64,000 nucleotides of DNA from Octopus sinensis (lineage: Eukaryota). Shown here piece by piece: positions 53,491 to 64,000 of the stretch. Below the pieces are notes generated by a model. The model saw only the letters and a program-made list of their open reading frames with translations. It ran no database searches and was not told where the DNA came from. Both the position numbers and the translations under genes were made by a program. The stretch is taken from positions 158,472,001-158,536,000 of the forward strand of contig NC_042998.1 in NCBI RefSeq assembly GCF_006345805.1. The letters run 5' to 3'. Each line of letters opens with the position of its first letter. Position 1 is the stretch's first letter.

Positions 53491-53592
53491 TCGCCTTTTG
53501 TCGAATAGCTAAGTTACGGAGACGTAAACACACATGCATAGGTTGTCAAACGGTGGTGGGGGAGGACAAACATAGACACAGAAACGTACACA

Positions 53593-53648
<56 letters not shown>

Positions 53649-54632
53649 ATATATACACATAGAAATATTATTACAGAGAGAGAGAGAATGTAAAAAGGGA
53701 AGAAGGATGTCCGGGTATCAATACTTAGCGGCTGTTTCGAGCAGCTCAATTTGTTCGATCAATGAAAACATTACATCAATTTGAAAGAAAGCGCTCTTCC
53801 CAGATGACCATATAGATTTCCCACATAAAATATAAACCATTTTTAACAAATTTATATCAATACTAAATATAATGACATTATTTCCTTATGTTATATTTAG
53901 AAAAAATGCATATCGTATTAAACCTACTATAATTTAGAGATTAGCAGGGGAATATATATATATATATATATAATATATATATATATAATATATATATATA
54001 TGTATAATAAAGCTTTTTTAATTGTAGAAATGGGGTAAATTACTATTTGGTGAGAGAAACTAGGTTTCTCTCACCAAATAGTAGTAATTGGCATTTATTA
54101 GTGGCAATTGCTGTCTTCAACATGAATTCCTGTTATGGTGTTCTGAAACCTCCTTTACCCCATTTCTACAATTAAAAAATCTTTATTACTTCTAACCTTA
54201 TAGCAGTTAGGATCAGCCATATCTTGGTCAGTCAGTGGAAGGACTTCACTAGCTCATATGTTCTTAAAATTTAAATCTACATCTTTGTTTGTATATCTAC
54301 CTTCTCTATAATGTTGCCACTTGATTTGAAAACTTTTGTATTAATGGAAAACCTCTATAATTGGCTGATGAGTACTCAGCATCTTAAATCTGTTGTAATA
54401 CTTACAACATTTAATAAAATGATGTTGTACGAAACGAATGTACTAAATTACCGGAGTCATTATTGTTGCTCATTTTGATTATAATCACCCAACAAATTTT
54501 TATGGATGACACTATACAAAATTCTGGTGCATCTAAATTGAGTACCATATTCATTCGAATCTAAATTTTTGCTGAACTTATATATATATAATCCTAAATC
54601 TAATTTTTCCCTGTAAGTTTGGATTTATTCCC

Positions 54633-54678
<46 letters not shown>

Positions 54679-54790
54679 CATAACCGACCAGGTTCTCAGA
54701 TGTTGCTACACATCGCTGGTCACAATGCGCTTCGCATTACTTTAGCCTTGAAACGACGCCACCCCGCTGGCTAAGCGACCAGGCCATATA

Positions 54791-54869
<79 letters not shown>

Positions 54870-54879
54870 ATCATATATA

Positions 54880-55407
54880 CAGAGGTTGGACAAAATATTG
54901 AAACACCTTAAAATTTGAAACAAATCTATTATAATATGAGATAGGACCACCTTTGACTGCAATTACAGCTTGAATTCTACGAGGTATGGACTCGTGCAAA
55001 GTTCGAATTGATTCCAAGCAACTTTTGTCCATTCTTCAGTTAAAACAGTCTCCAGCTTTGTAGTACTGATGGTAGAGGATATCGACTCCTTACTTGTTTT
55101 TCTAAAATGCACCATAAATGTTCAATAATATTGAGATCTGGGGACTGTGGTGGCCAGATAAGATGTTCAGCTTATGTTCTTCGTGCCATGGTCAGCTAGA
55201 ATGTTACTCATGCCTTTCAGTAACAACTTTAGCTGTATGAATTGCTGCATTATCATTCTGAAAGATTGCATTTCCCTTCGGAAACAGTTCCGCAACCATA
55301 GGATGAATTTGATCAGATAAAATGCTTAAATAGTCTTGACTTTCAATTATGCCATGAAGGAAAACCATTGGGCCGGCGGGTTTCCAATATATAGCCCCCC
55401 AGATCAT
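54880..55407 (-). mobile_element. Tc1-like (DD34E) transposon 3' half with TIR
   Basis: TA|cagaggttggacaaaatattgaaacacc end; minus-strand MIWGAI, IFQNDNAAIHTAK, WPPQSPDLNIIEHLW. A related solitary TIR lies at ~56831. Confidence 0.92.
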
Positions 55408-56385
55408 TGATTTTTGCTTTATATTTGTACAAGTTGGCTCCAAGTCTCACCCAGAGACCTCAAGAGATAACAGGTCGGAAGTTCGTGTTGTTATGCCTAG
55501 TGTGCCATATATTTGGTTTTATATTTAGTGTTGTACTAGTGATGATCTAAAAAAAAACATACAAAAATTATGTTTGTTTTAAAACTTGAGATTACATAGA
55601 AAGTATTTTGCGTAGGATATGAGCAGTTCCCATGAGCTCTATCTTTTGAATTTCTGCCATTTTGGGGTTTCCTGGGATCTGAGTTAGGTAGCAATCAGCC
55701 CCTTTTGCTATCATTCCCAGGGCACCTATGACAACAGGTATTGTTTTAGTCTTCAGGTTCCACATTTTGCTGATTTATATTTCAAGATCTTTATATTTAC
55801 TCAGTTTTTGGTAGGTCTTGACAGATACGTTTATATCGATTGGGACAGTCATATCAACGAGGAGGCATGTTCTTTGTTTGAAGTCTTTCAATATGATGTC
55901 TGGCCTATTTGCATCTATCTTTCTGTCAGTTTGAATGGTGAAGTTCCAGAGGAGTGAGATGTGGTAATTTTCAAGCACTGGAGGTGGTTTGTGTTCCCAC
56001 CAGTTATTTTCATGGGGCAAATCCAGGTTTTTGCAGATTACCCAGTGAATATATTATGCAGCTCTATCATGCCTGTTGAGATACTCTGTAGGCGCTAGAA
56101 GACTGCACTTGGAGACAACATGATCAATGGTTTCATTTTGTTGTTGACATACACGACGTGTTGGGCTACTGCCGTTCTTTAATATCTTGGCCTGGTAGTT
56201 CCTTGTTGGTAGGCATTGATCTTGAGCTGCTATGATAAACCCTTCTGTTTTAGATTTTAAGCCAGAGGCTATTAGCCATTGATGGGTCAGGGCTTTGTCA
56301 ACATCTGCATTATTCGCTCTCTTTGGGTATTTGCCATAGAGAGGTTTTTCTTGCCATTTATCATACAGAATATCTAAGGCAGTAG
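55408..56385 (-). mobile_element. R4/Dong-clade non-LTR retrotransposon 3' fragment (CCHC + restriction-like endonuclease)
   Basis: KTEGFIIAAQDQCL, RVCQQQNETIDHVVSKC, RHD, IHWVICK, ANRPDII, LLVDMTVP, KLSKYKDLEI, IPVVIGALG; one or two stops. Confidence 0.92.
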
Positions 56386-56407
56386 TTATTATTATTATTA
56401 TTATTAT

Positions 56408-56522
<115 letters not shown>

Positions 56523-58445
56523 GAGGGGTTGGAATTAACGAGATTAATGTTGGAACTCCCAGATAAAGAACCTTTATTTAGCAGATTGGTATTTTGAGAA
56601 GATATAATTTGTGAAAGATTCTTAGTGTTGGAGAAAGCGACTCTAACTTTGTGAGAGCTAATAAATAATCGAATAATATTATAATACTCTATTTATTTTT
56701 TTATAATACACAAATTACCCGGAGTTTCTACCTTTTCTGACGTGAATTTTGCTACCCTGGTAACGGTTTATTGAATTTTCCATGTTAACGGTAAACAATT
56801 CATTCATCCATTTAAATATATATATATATACAGGGGCTGGACGAAATAATTGAAACACCTAGTATCATACCATCATATATATATATAAGAGTTATACATG
56901 TGTACATACATATGTACATTGCTTATACCTGAAAATATATGCGTGTATATTATGTGTAAGTGCATATGTATGTTTCTATATAGATATATAGACAGGAAAT
57001 TTAGCTGACTTGTCTAGCATATCCAACGATTAGTTAGAGATTTAAAAAGAGTAAAGAAAATAAGTAGTTATATACTGGAGTGGAATCAAAGTTATAAATC
57101 CAATCTCTTCTACTTTACAGCCTCTTCTATATGCGCATGAAGCGATTTTATGAGCTTATGAGTTTTCATTTATATTGTTAGCCGATAGATATTGATCATG
57201 CAAATAATTTAATCAATAATACATATTTGACATAAAGAAATGAAAGTGATGTCAACCATAGTGAAATATCCAGCAGCAGATGTTTGCTTCGATAATGCAA
57301 TGTTATAGAAGCAGCTGGTAACTTTTGTTTTGGTGACACAGAGACGCCATAAGAGAGTAAGAATATAAAATAATACTTCAAAGGATCCACACTACGAATT
57401 GTTTGTATTTCCTGTCTTTTGCTGAAATATGTAAGAGCTTTTCGTTCATCGATTGTGTCATTAAAACAGTCCGGTTTTTATCATAAGATATTGCTTAATA
57501 TTTAACGCAGAGATCATTGAATAGCAGATTCTGTATAGTACAAAACAAAATATAATGTGGTAATTAGTTATACTCTTATATGTTGTGAGTTCAGATCAAA
57601 CCAGAGTGACCATCACATTTCAACTTTCCGATGCGGATAAATGAAATACTAGTCAATGATTATAGTTAACTTACAGGATCCAATTCCAAAATCTGTAGTT
57701 TTTTTTCCCATAACTAATGAATCATTCTTTAACATAGTTAAGACTGGTGTATGGCAGTGTTGGTAGAAAGAAAGGGGAGAAGAGATGGAGCTATTGCCTG
57801 GTAGCATTTAAGTATGTTCCTTTATACTCTGATCTGATATTCTGTCATATATGAGTGTACCTTCCGTCTCTCGTGGCTTCCCTTAAAAGTTCGAGGCCTC
57901 ATGCTAAATTTAGGAATCGATATCTAATGCAGTGAAAGGCCGTTTCTGACAGAGATGATAGAACTGTGGAGAAAATAATACCTTGTTTTATTTAATGACG
58001 TTCTGAGTTCAATTCCATTTAACCAACTCAGCGTCTCCCTTCATTAAATAGTAGCTTTGTGCCAAGTTAGATAGCTTTATCCTAGCCGTAGACCTTTCTA
58101 CTACCGGTGTCCATGAAATATGAACTATTAATATACCACTATACCTCAACAGTACAAAAACTAGCTTTGTGCGCAATCAAAACTGTGACGGGAGCATTGA
58201 AGCAAAGGACAACTTCCTGAAATGCCTAATGTGTTGCATTTTTAATTCCTTCTGAAAGATGCATTATTGCCAAAGTCGAGAATTAGCTACGCAGTTTCGT
58301 TTCAGCTTCTATGCATGGTAAGTCTTCGTTTACTTTTTTACTATCGCTGTTAAAAGAAAAAAATTTATAATTTATTTCCTCAATCCCAAAATGATGGAAG
58401 GCTAAATCCGCATAAAAACTCGCTTCAATATCATTATGGAGTCTA

Positions 58446-58640
58446 AGGCAGTGAGCTGGTAGAATCGTTACCGCGCCGGGAAAAATGCTTAGCGGCATTT
58501 CCGACTTTACGTTCTGAGCTCAAATATCACAGGGGTCGACTTTACCTTTCATCCTTTCGGAGTCAATAAAATAAGTACAAGCTGAACACTGGGGTCGATG
58601 TAGTCAACTTACCCCCTCCCCCGAAATTGCTAGCCCTATG
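58446..58640 (+). mobile_element. SINE family A copy
   Basis: aaggcagtgagctggtagaatcgtta...ggggtcgactttacctttcatcctttcgg. Confidence 0.85.
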
Positions 58641-58781
58641 AAAAAATTTGGAATCAATAATCGTTATGGAGTCTCAAATTCATTGTTTATTTCTTTTTTT
58701 TTTTATACTTAGATTGATTGTATTAGCAGTAGTTGATGTGGCGGTAGGAAGAGTGGTAATAACTAATGTTTTATATATATA

Positions 58782-58833
<52 letters not shown>

Positions 58834-59957
58834 TGTGTGTGTGTGTGTGTGTTCTGGTAGTAGTCATTATAAATTTTGTATCGTTGCTGCAGTTGTAGTC
58901 CCGAAAGAACAGAATATTTTCCAGTTTCAAAATATCAATGATATTCAGTAAATAAATATTGTTACAAAGCATTTGACAGTTGAAGTGGATATGGGATCAT
59001 AGGATCAGGAGACACAAAAACATCAATCCAATGTAGTTTTATTCGGTAGCAAGTGTCCAATATGAAGAGGTCTTTTTGAATTAGACACGTGTCGCCATAA
59101 AAACGATGTCCTGTTGGTCACTATGAAATATTCCTTTTGCATGCGTTGAGATTTCTGAAGAATAAGAAGAAAGCAGTATTGTAGAGTGCATCTTAATTTA
59201 ATAACCGTTAGTGGTGATCTGCGCATGGACGAATCTATCGAGGGTGGATGTTTTGTGCGTTTTGTCAGCATCTGTCCACCAGACATTTTGCTTTCATTCC
59301 GTTCTCTTGTACAACACAACACATTTGACAGCAGAGTACGAGTAAGATAAGAAAACAATGACGTGATACGTGGGAAAAGACGGGGATAAAATGGGGAAAT
59401 AATAGTGGATTGAAGAAGGGAAATAAGTGATAAATAAGAGCAAACGACGGGCAAATTAAGTGAAGAATACAGAACTAGAAATTGAAGGAGGTGAGTCGGA
59501 GGAGGAAATAGGAAATTAAATGATGAATGGAGTGTGATGGGAGTAGATAACGGGGAAGTGGAGATAGCAAAGGGAATTAGAGAAATTAAAGTTTTAAGAG
59601 TATTCAACGTTTAACTAAGTAATGAATATATCATGTTAAAACAATGTTAAAAAATATCAATGGACAAAACAAAACCGATCCTATATTTTCACAGGCTGTC
59701 GCTGTTTGTCGTTCTGTCATTCATTCCCTTTGCCTTATTAAGTGCACTTTATCTATCTATCTCAATCTTTCTCTCTCTTTCTTTCCCTTTCTTTCTTTCC
59801 CTCTCTCTCTTTCTCTCTCCTTCTCCCTCTCTTTCAGAATGTTTATAACTGCTTCCCCTATATATTTGCTTGTCTTCCTATCCCCACCCGTTTACTCTGC
59901 CTCTTATTTATCTAATAATTTGTAATACATAGTTTTGTGTTCTCAATTATTTTTTAC

Positions 59958-60041
<84 letters not shown>

Positions 60042-60330
60042 ATATCTATCTGCCTGTCTGTCTGTCCGTCTGTTTATCAAGTTCTATCCATCTGTTTAAC
60101 AGTATACATCCATATGCATATATGTATGTATAAATACACACACACACACCACATATATATATATATGAGAGTTATTGGTATCCAGAAGACCCAAGGCGGC
60201 AGGAAAGACTATATAAGTGTTATGGAAGGGCCGTAGTTAAACACTTGGTTCGATAATAATACGAGTGAGGAGTCTATATATATATATACATATATATATA
60301 TATTTCTCTGTGCGTGTGTGTGTATGCATG

Positions 60331-60362
<32 letters not shown>

Positions 60363-60469
60363 ATATATATGTATATACATGCATACATACATATATATAC
60401 ATGCATATATATACACATATATATTCCTTGTTTCGAACTCAATTCACCTCTATTTAACCATGTTACATC

Positions 60470-60517
60470 GCCTCTGATGAAGGGATATCCTTAATATCCC
60501 AGAAACAGCTGTAAGAC
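60470..60517 (+). ncRNA. Minimal type I hammerhead ribozyme motif, intact core
   Basis: GCCU CUGAUGA A GGGAUAU CCUUA AUAUCCC A GAAAC AGCU GUA AGAC; one mismatch in stem I. Confidence 0.82.
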
Positions 60518-60600
60518 TATATCTATGTCTCTTTCCTTATAAATATATATATATATATTGATTGATAAATAGATAGAAAGAGAGAGAGAGAGAGAGAGAG

Positions 60601-60880
60601 AGGTGGAGGCACATGGCCTAGTGGTTAGAGCAGCAGACACACGATCGAGGGATCGCGGGTTGGAATCTCAAACCAGGCGATGTGTGTGAGAGATAAACAC
60701 ATGTATGTATGTATGTATGTATGTATGTATAAATGTGTGTACGTACGCACGGATTTATGTATGTATGTATGTATGAATGTATATTTATTTAGCCGATTGT
60801 GTATATAGATAATCGCAACTTGTACCGTGACCAGGTGTGCTCTCTGTTTGTAAGACAGACACTTTTTTCCGAAGCCCTTC
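60601..60880 (+). mobile_element. tRNA-derived SINE interrupted by (TATG)n
   Basis: A box tggcctagtgg and B-box-like gggttggaatct. Confidence 0.6.
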
Positions 60881-60884
60881 AATT

Positions 60885-61620
60885 AACGGAGTTGTAGTCC
60901 TGAGTCAAGTGAAGACCTGGCATTAGAACTATCGTTAGGCATTCAACAAATGACATTGCGGATGGCAATTCCCAGGCGCTTAAGCGGACAATGAGTTCGG
61001 TGGAAATTCTACGTTGGCAATAGGTAGAGTGATGAGTAAGTTCAATGAGGTTCTCGGATAAACTAGACATCAAAGAGGGCGAAACAGCTGGTTGTTTCGG
61101 ACGATTTTTACAGGCCGGAGAATACCATGATTAACTTGAAAAAATAACTAGACAATTAATGGGAGCGAGTGATACTACCGGGTCGAGATAAACTCTGCAA
61201 ACATGGAACTGTTGTCATTTGGGATTATTTGAGATATGCGCAAAGCGACGAAACCGTACTGCATGCATTTGTGCAGTGTAAGAGCATTGTTGACTTGTAA
61301 GGTTATGTTAAACAGATGTTGTCACCTGTAGGACGAATCCAGCTACCGGTCGAGTTCGTCGTGTAGATCGGCCAATCACTCACCGTTTAGAAAGCAAGGT
61401 AGGCAGCGCTCCACTGTCTGGTAGCTGTGTCGAAAGAGGTTGTGTGATGGAGGATACTGAAACGATTGAGGACAGATAATTTCTTCTCTTCTCAAACCCA
61501 CATCGTTTTTTTTTTAGTTCTACTTAGAAGGTAAGGGTGGTGAAGAATGGCTATAGCAAAAATGATTAGAGCCAATGAATCTAATTCAAGAATATGCCTG
61601 TATAGTAGAGAATAACAAGA
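60885..61620 (+). pseudogene. L1/Tx1-like ORF2 C-terminal remnant (zf-RVT)
   Basis: LPGRDKLCKHG...QSDETVLHAFVQC (ET..H.F..C zinc-finger motif); downstream homology to the 42400-42780 copy. Confidence 0.75.
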
Positions 61621-61941
61621 GCTTATGCCCTTGGTGATCAGGGTTATCCTGGACCTGAGGTGTTCGTTGATTGGCCCTAGTGGAGGTTCCCCTGTATCAG
61701 AGGCCTGCATCATGCATGAGTTCACATATATTGTCCAATGTATGCAGCTGCTATCTCATTTCTCCTTCCCCACTTTCACATAAATTGTGAATCTACGAAT
61801 CTACCTTGTAATGTTGCCGTTATCTAGAGTTCTTTTCGTATGTAAAGAAAAAAATCATCACTATTATCGCCGCCATCAACAAAGCCATCAGTATTGTCGC
61901 CGTCGTCATCATCGTCATCGTCATCACTATCATCATCATCA

Positions 61942-62006
<65 letters not shown>

Positions 62007-62016
62007 AATAATAATA

Positions 62017-62130
62017 AGGCAGTGAGCCGGAAATATCGTTCCAGCGTGGGTCAAAATGCTTTGCAACATTCCTTCTGGCTTTACGGTTTAAGTTCAAATT
62101 CCGCCGAGGTCGACTTTACCTTTACCTTTA
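62017..62130 (+). mobile_element. SINE family A, 3'-truncated
   Basis: aaggcagtgagccgg...aagttcaaattccgccgaggtcgactttacc. Confidence 0.8.
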
Positions 62131-62134
62131 CCAT

Positions 62135-62500
62135 GGTAGTTGAGTGCTGATACTTCCAAGTGCACCAGTTATTATTGGTATCGTCCACTCTCTTCATTGA
62201 CCACAGCTTTCGTATTACCCACTTTAAATCGTCATAGTTGTTTATTTTTCTTCTTTCACATTGATCCTGTCGTCACCTATGCCAATTATCATACATGTTC
62301 TTTCTTTTTTATTCACAACAATTTCCGGTTTCCAATGTCTGGTTAGGAGGCCGCACTGGATCATTACATCGCACAGGATTTTGAAATTCTCATTTTCGGG
62401 ACTCCTTCTGGAGTTTGCGGATAACAATTTGATCTTTGTAGGCCCTGATTTCAACAGAGTTTCTAATGGACCATTTTTGCCACATTGTCATGACGTCTTT
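62135..62500 (-). pseudogene. R4/Dong-clade RLE-domain remnant (separate subfamily)
   Basis: ENENFKILCDVMIQC...RHWKPEIVVNKKERTCMII...IPIITGALGSIS. Confidence 0.8.
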
Positions 62501-62567
62501 TGTATTCGCATTGTTATTGTAATTATTATTATTATTGCTATTATTATCATTATTATTATTATTATTA

Positions 62568-62630
<63 letters not shown>

Positions 62631-62639
62631 CATTATTCG

Positions 62640-63815
62640 GTAGTCTTATTATTATCAAGTGCTTTCGCTGCACTACCGACCGCAGCTCTGTGCGCCTTGG
62701 GTATGTGCTGTGGTTTGTTGTGATGCTCTCATTTTTACTGTATTGAAAGGTGTTTTACGTAGGATGTGCGCAATGCCTAGTAGTGCAACTTTTTAATGTT
62801 ACATATACTTGTTAATCCTGATGCTTTTGTTATGTATTTGTCTGAGTATTTTTTATCACACTTAATGCACCTACTATGATAAGAATATTTTTTTAAAGTC
62901 CACATTCGAGTTGCCTCTATTTCCAGGTCTCTGTATTTTGAAAGTTTCTCCGTTTGTTTTAGAGAAACATATGTTGGTATTGATACATCAATTAAAAAAC
63001 ATTTTATTTCTTGATGATCTCTGGCAACTATATCCGGCCTATCTAATTTCTCTATCTGTGTGTATTGGCATATCCCAGTGTATGGTTGCTTTCTCATTTT
63101 CCGTAACATTTTCTGGCGTGTACTTATACCATCATTTTCCCATTGTTATTCCATAATGTTGGCACAGCTTCCAGTATATGTAGATCCCAACTTTGTCGTG
63201 TCTGTGAATATATTCCTGCTTAGCCAGAACTGGGCAGCCAAAGACAATATGGTTTATTGTTTCTTGTCCATCTCCACATATTCTGCAGTTAGTTGTTGTA
63301 TTTCTTTTGATTACATGTTTTTGGTAATTTCTAGTGAGAAGGATTTGGTCTTGTGTTGCAGCTAAAAATCCTTCAGTCTCTGCTTTGAGTCCTGAGCTTT
63401 TCTGCCATTGTTGGGATTTTGTTTTGTCTATGTCTTTTTTTGCTTAGTTTAATCCAGTATTTGCCATGAAGGGGCTATTCTTGTCATCATTTTATCATGA
63501 TCCGTTGATGTTCCAGTTTTAGTTTGGATTTCAGTTATTTTACAACTTTTGTTGTTTCTTCTTTTCTTCATAGTTGATAGGTACTATGCCTTCATTTTTG
63601 TATTTGTCAGCTTCCTTAAAAACTGAATTTCTTTTTGTTCATGTTTTGTGGCTATTTGTATTAGTTTTCTTTCCTTCTGATGTAGGTATTTCTGTCTTAT
63701 AGTCTTTATTTTGTAAGAGTTTTCTAGCTGTATGAGGCTTCTACCACCTTCCATACGTTGTATATATAATCTTTCTGTGTCAGATTTGGGGAAAAGCATC
63801 CTAAATTCTGTCATT
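62640..63815 (-). mobile_element. R4/Dong-clade LINE 3' fragment flanked by (TAA)n/(CAA)n microsatellites
   Basis: FPKSDTERLYIQRMEGGRSL, DRPDIV, CFLIDVSIP, EKLSKYRDLEIE, LLGIAHILRK; the 3' UTR runs into (TAA)n. Confidence 0.9.
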
Positions 63816-63849
63816 GTTTTGTTGTTGTTGTTGTTGTGGTTTTGTTGTT

Positions 63850-63891
<42 letters not shown>

Positions 63892-63916
63892 GTTGTTGTT
63901 GTTGTTGTTATTATTG

Positions 63917-64000
63917 AATGAGAGAGCAGTGCATGCCATCAAAGTGACACTGGGGTAAATTATACGAAGTCCAGTATACCCATCATGACTACCCGTCTGA
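63917..64000 (-). mobile_element. Probable 3' end of a short retroposon, cut by the window edge
   Basis: Minus strand ...ccccagtgtcactttgatggcatgcactgctctctcattc then (AAT)n/(AAC)n, read as a retroposon tail. Confidence 0.4.

Noticed and set aside
59023-59607. 194-aa minus-strand ORF
   Set aside because: Half is pyrimidine-rich low complexity, with no domain or splice support.
61075-61100. GAAACAGCUG hairpin
   Set aside because: It lies inside the L1/Tx1 coding remnant, with no 5' core or cleavage triplet.

Overview
This is an AT-rich, microsatellite-dense animal genomic window. It is most likely intronic or intergenic octopus (cephalopod) DNA, inferred from tRNA-derived SINE families resembling the Octopus OR/OK SINEs; this was not confirmed by any search. 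I found no convincing host protein-coding gene, and nearly all ORF-track entries are microsatellite read-through. The window contains decayed transposons: a full-length mariner, three more mariner derivatives, a mariner MITE, pogo/Tigger, Tc1, a hAT MITE with an 8-bp TSD, three R4/Dong-like RLE LINE fragments, two L1/Tx1-like 3' ends, a Penelope-like GIY-YIG remnant and many SINEs. The main unexplained signal is 13 type I hammerhead-ribozyme (HHR) motifs of several sequence families, with the pattern stem I - CUGANGA - stem II - GAAAC - short, often palindromic stem III - GUH - stem I'. About half have intact cores and nine lie in the first 10.2 kb. Two pairs sit in fold-back palindromes, one has a (TA)n-inflated stem II, one lies in a tRNA-headed SINE-like element, and one directly follows a GIY-YIG C-terminus. 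All calls are by eye; coordinates of degenerate repeats are approximate and no ribozyme activity is shown.
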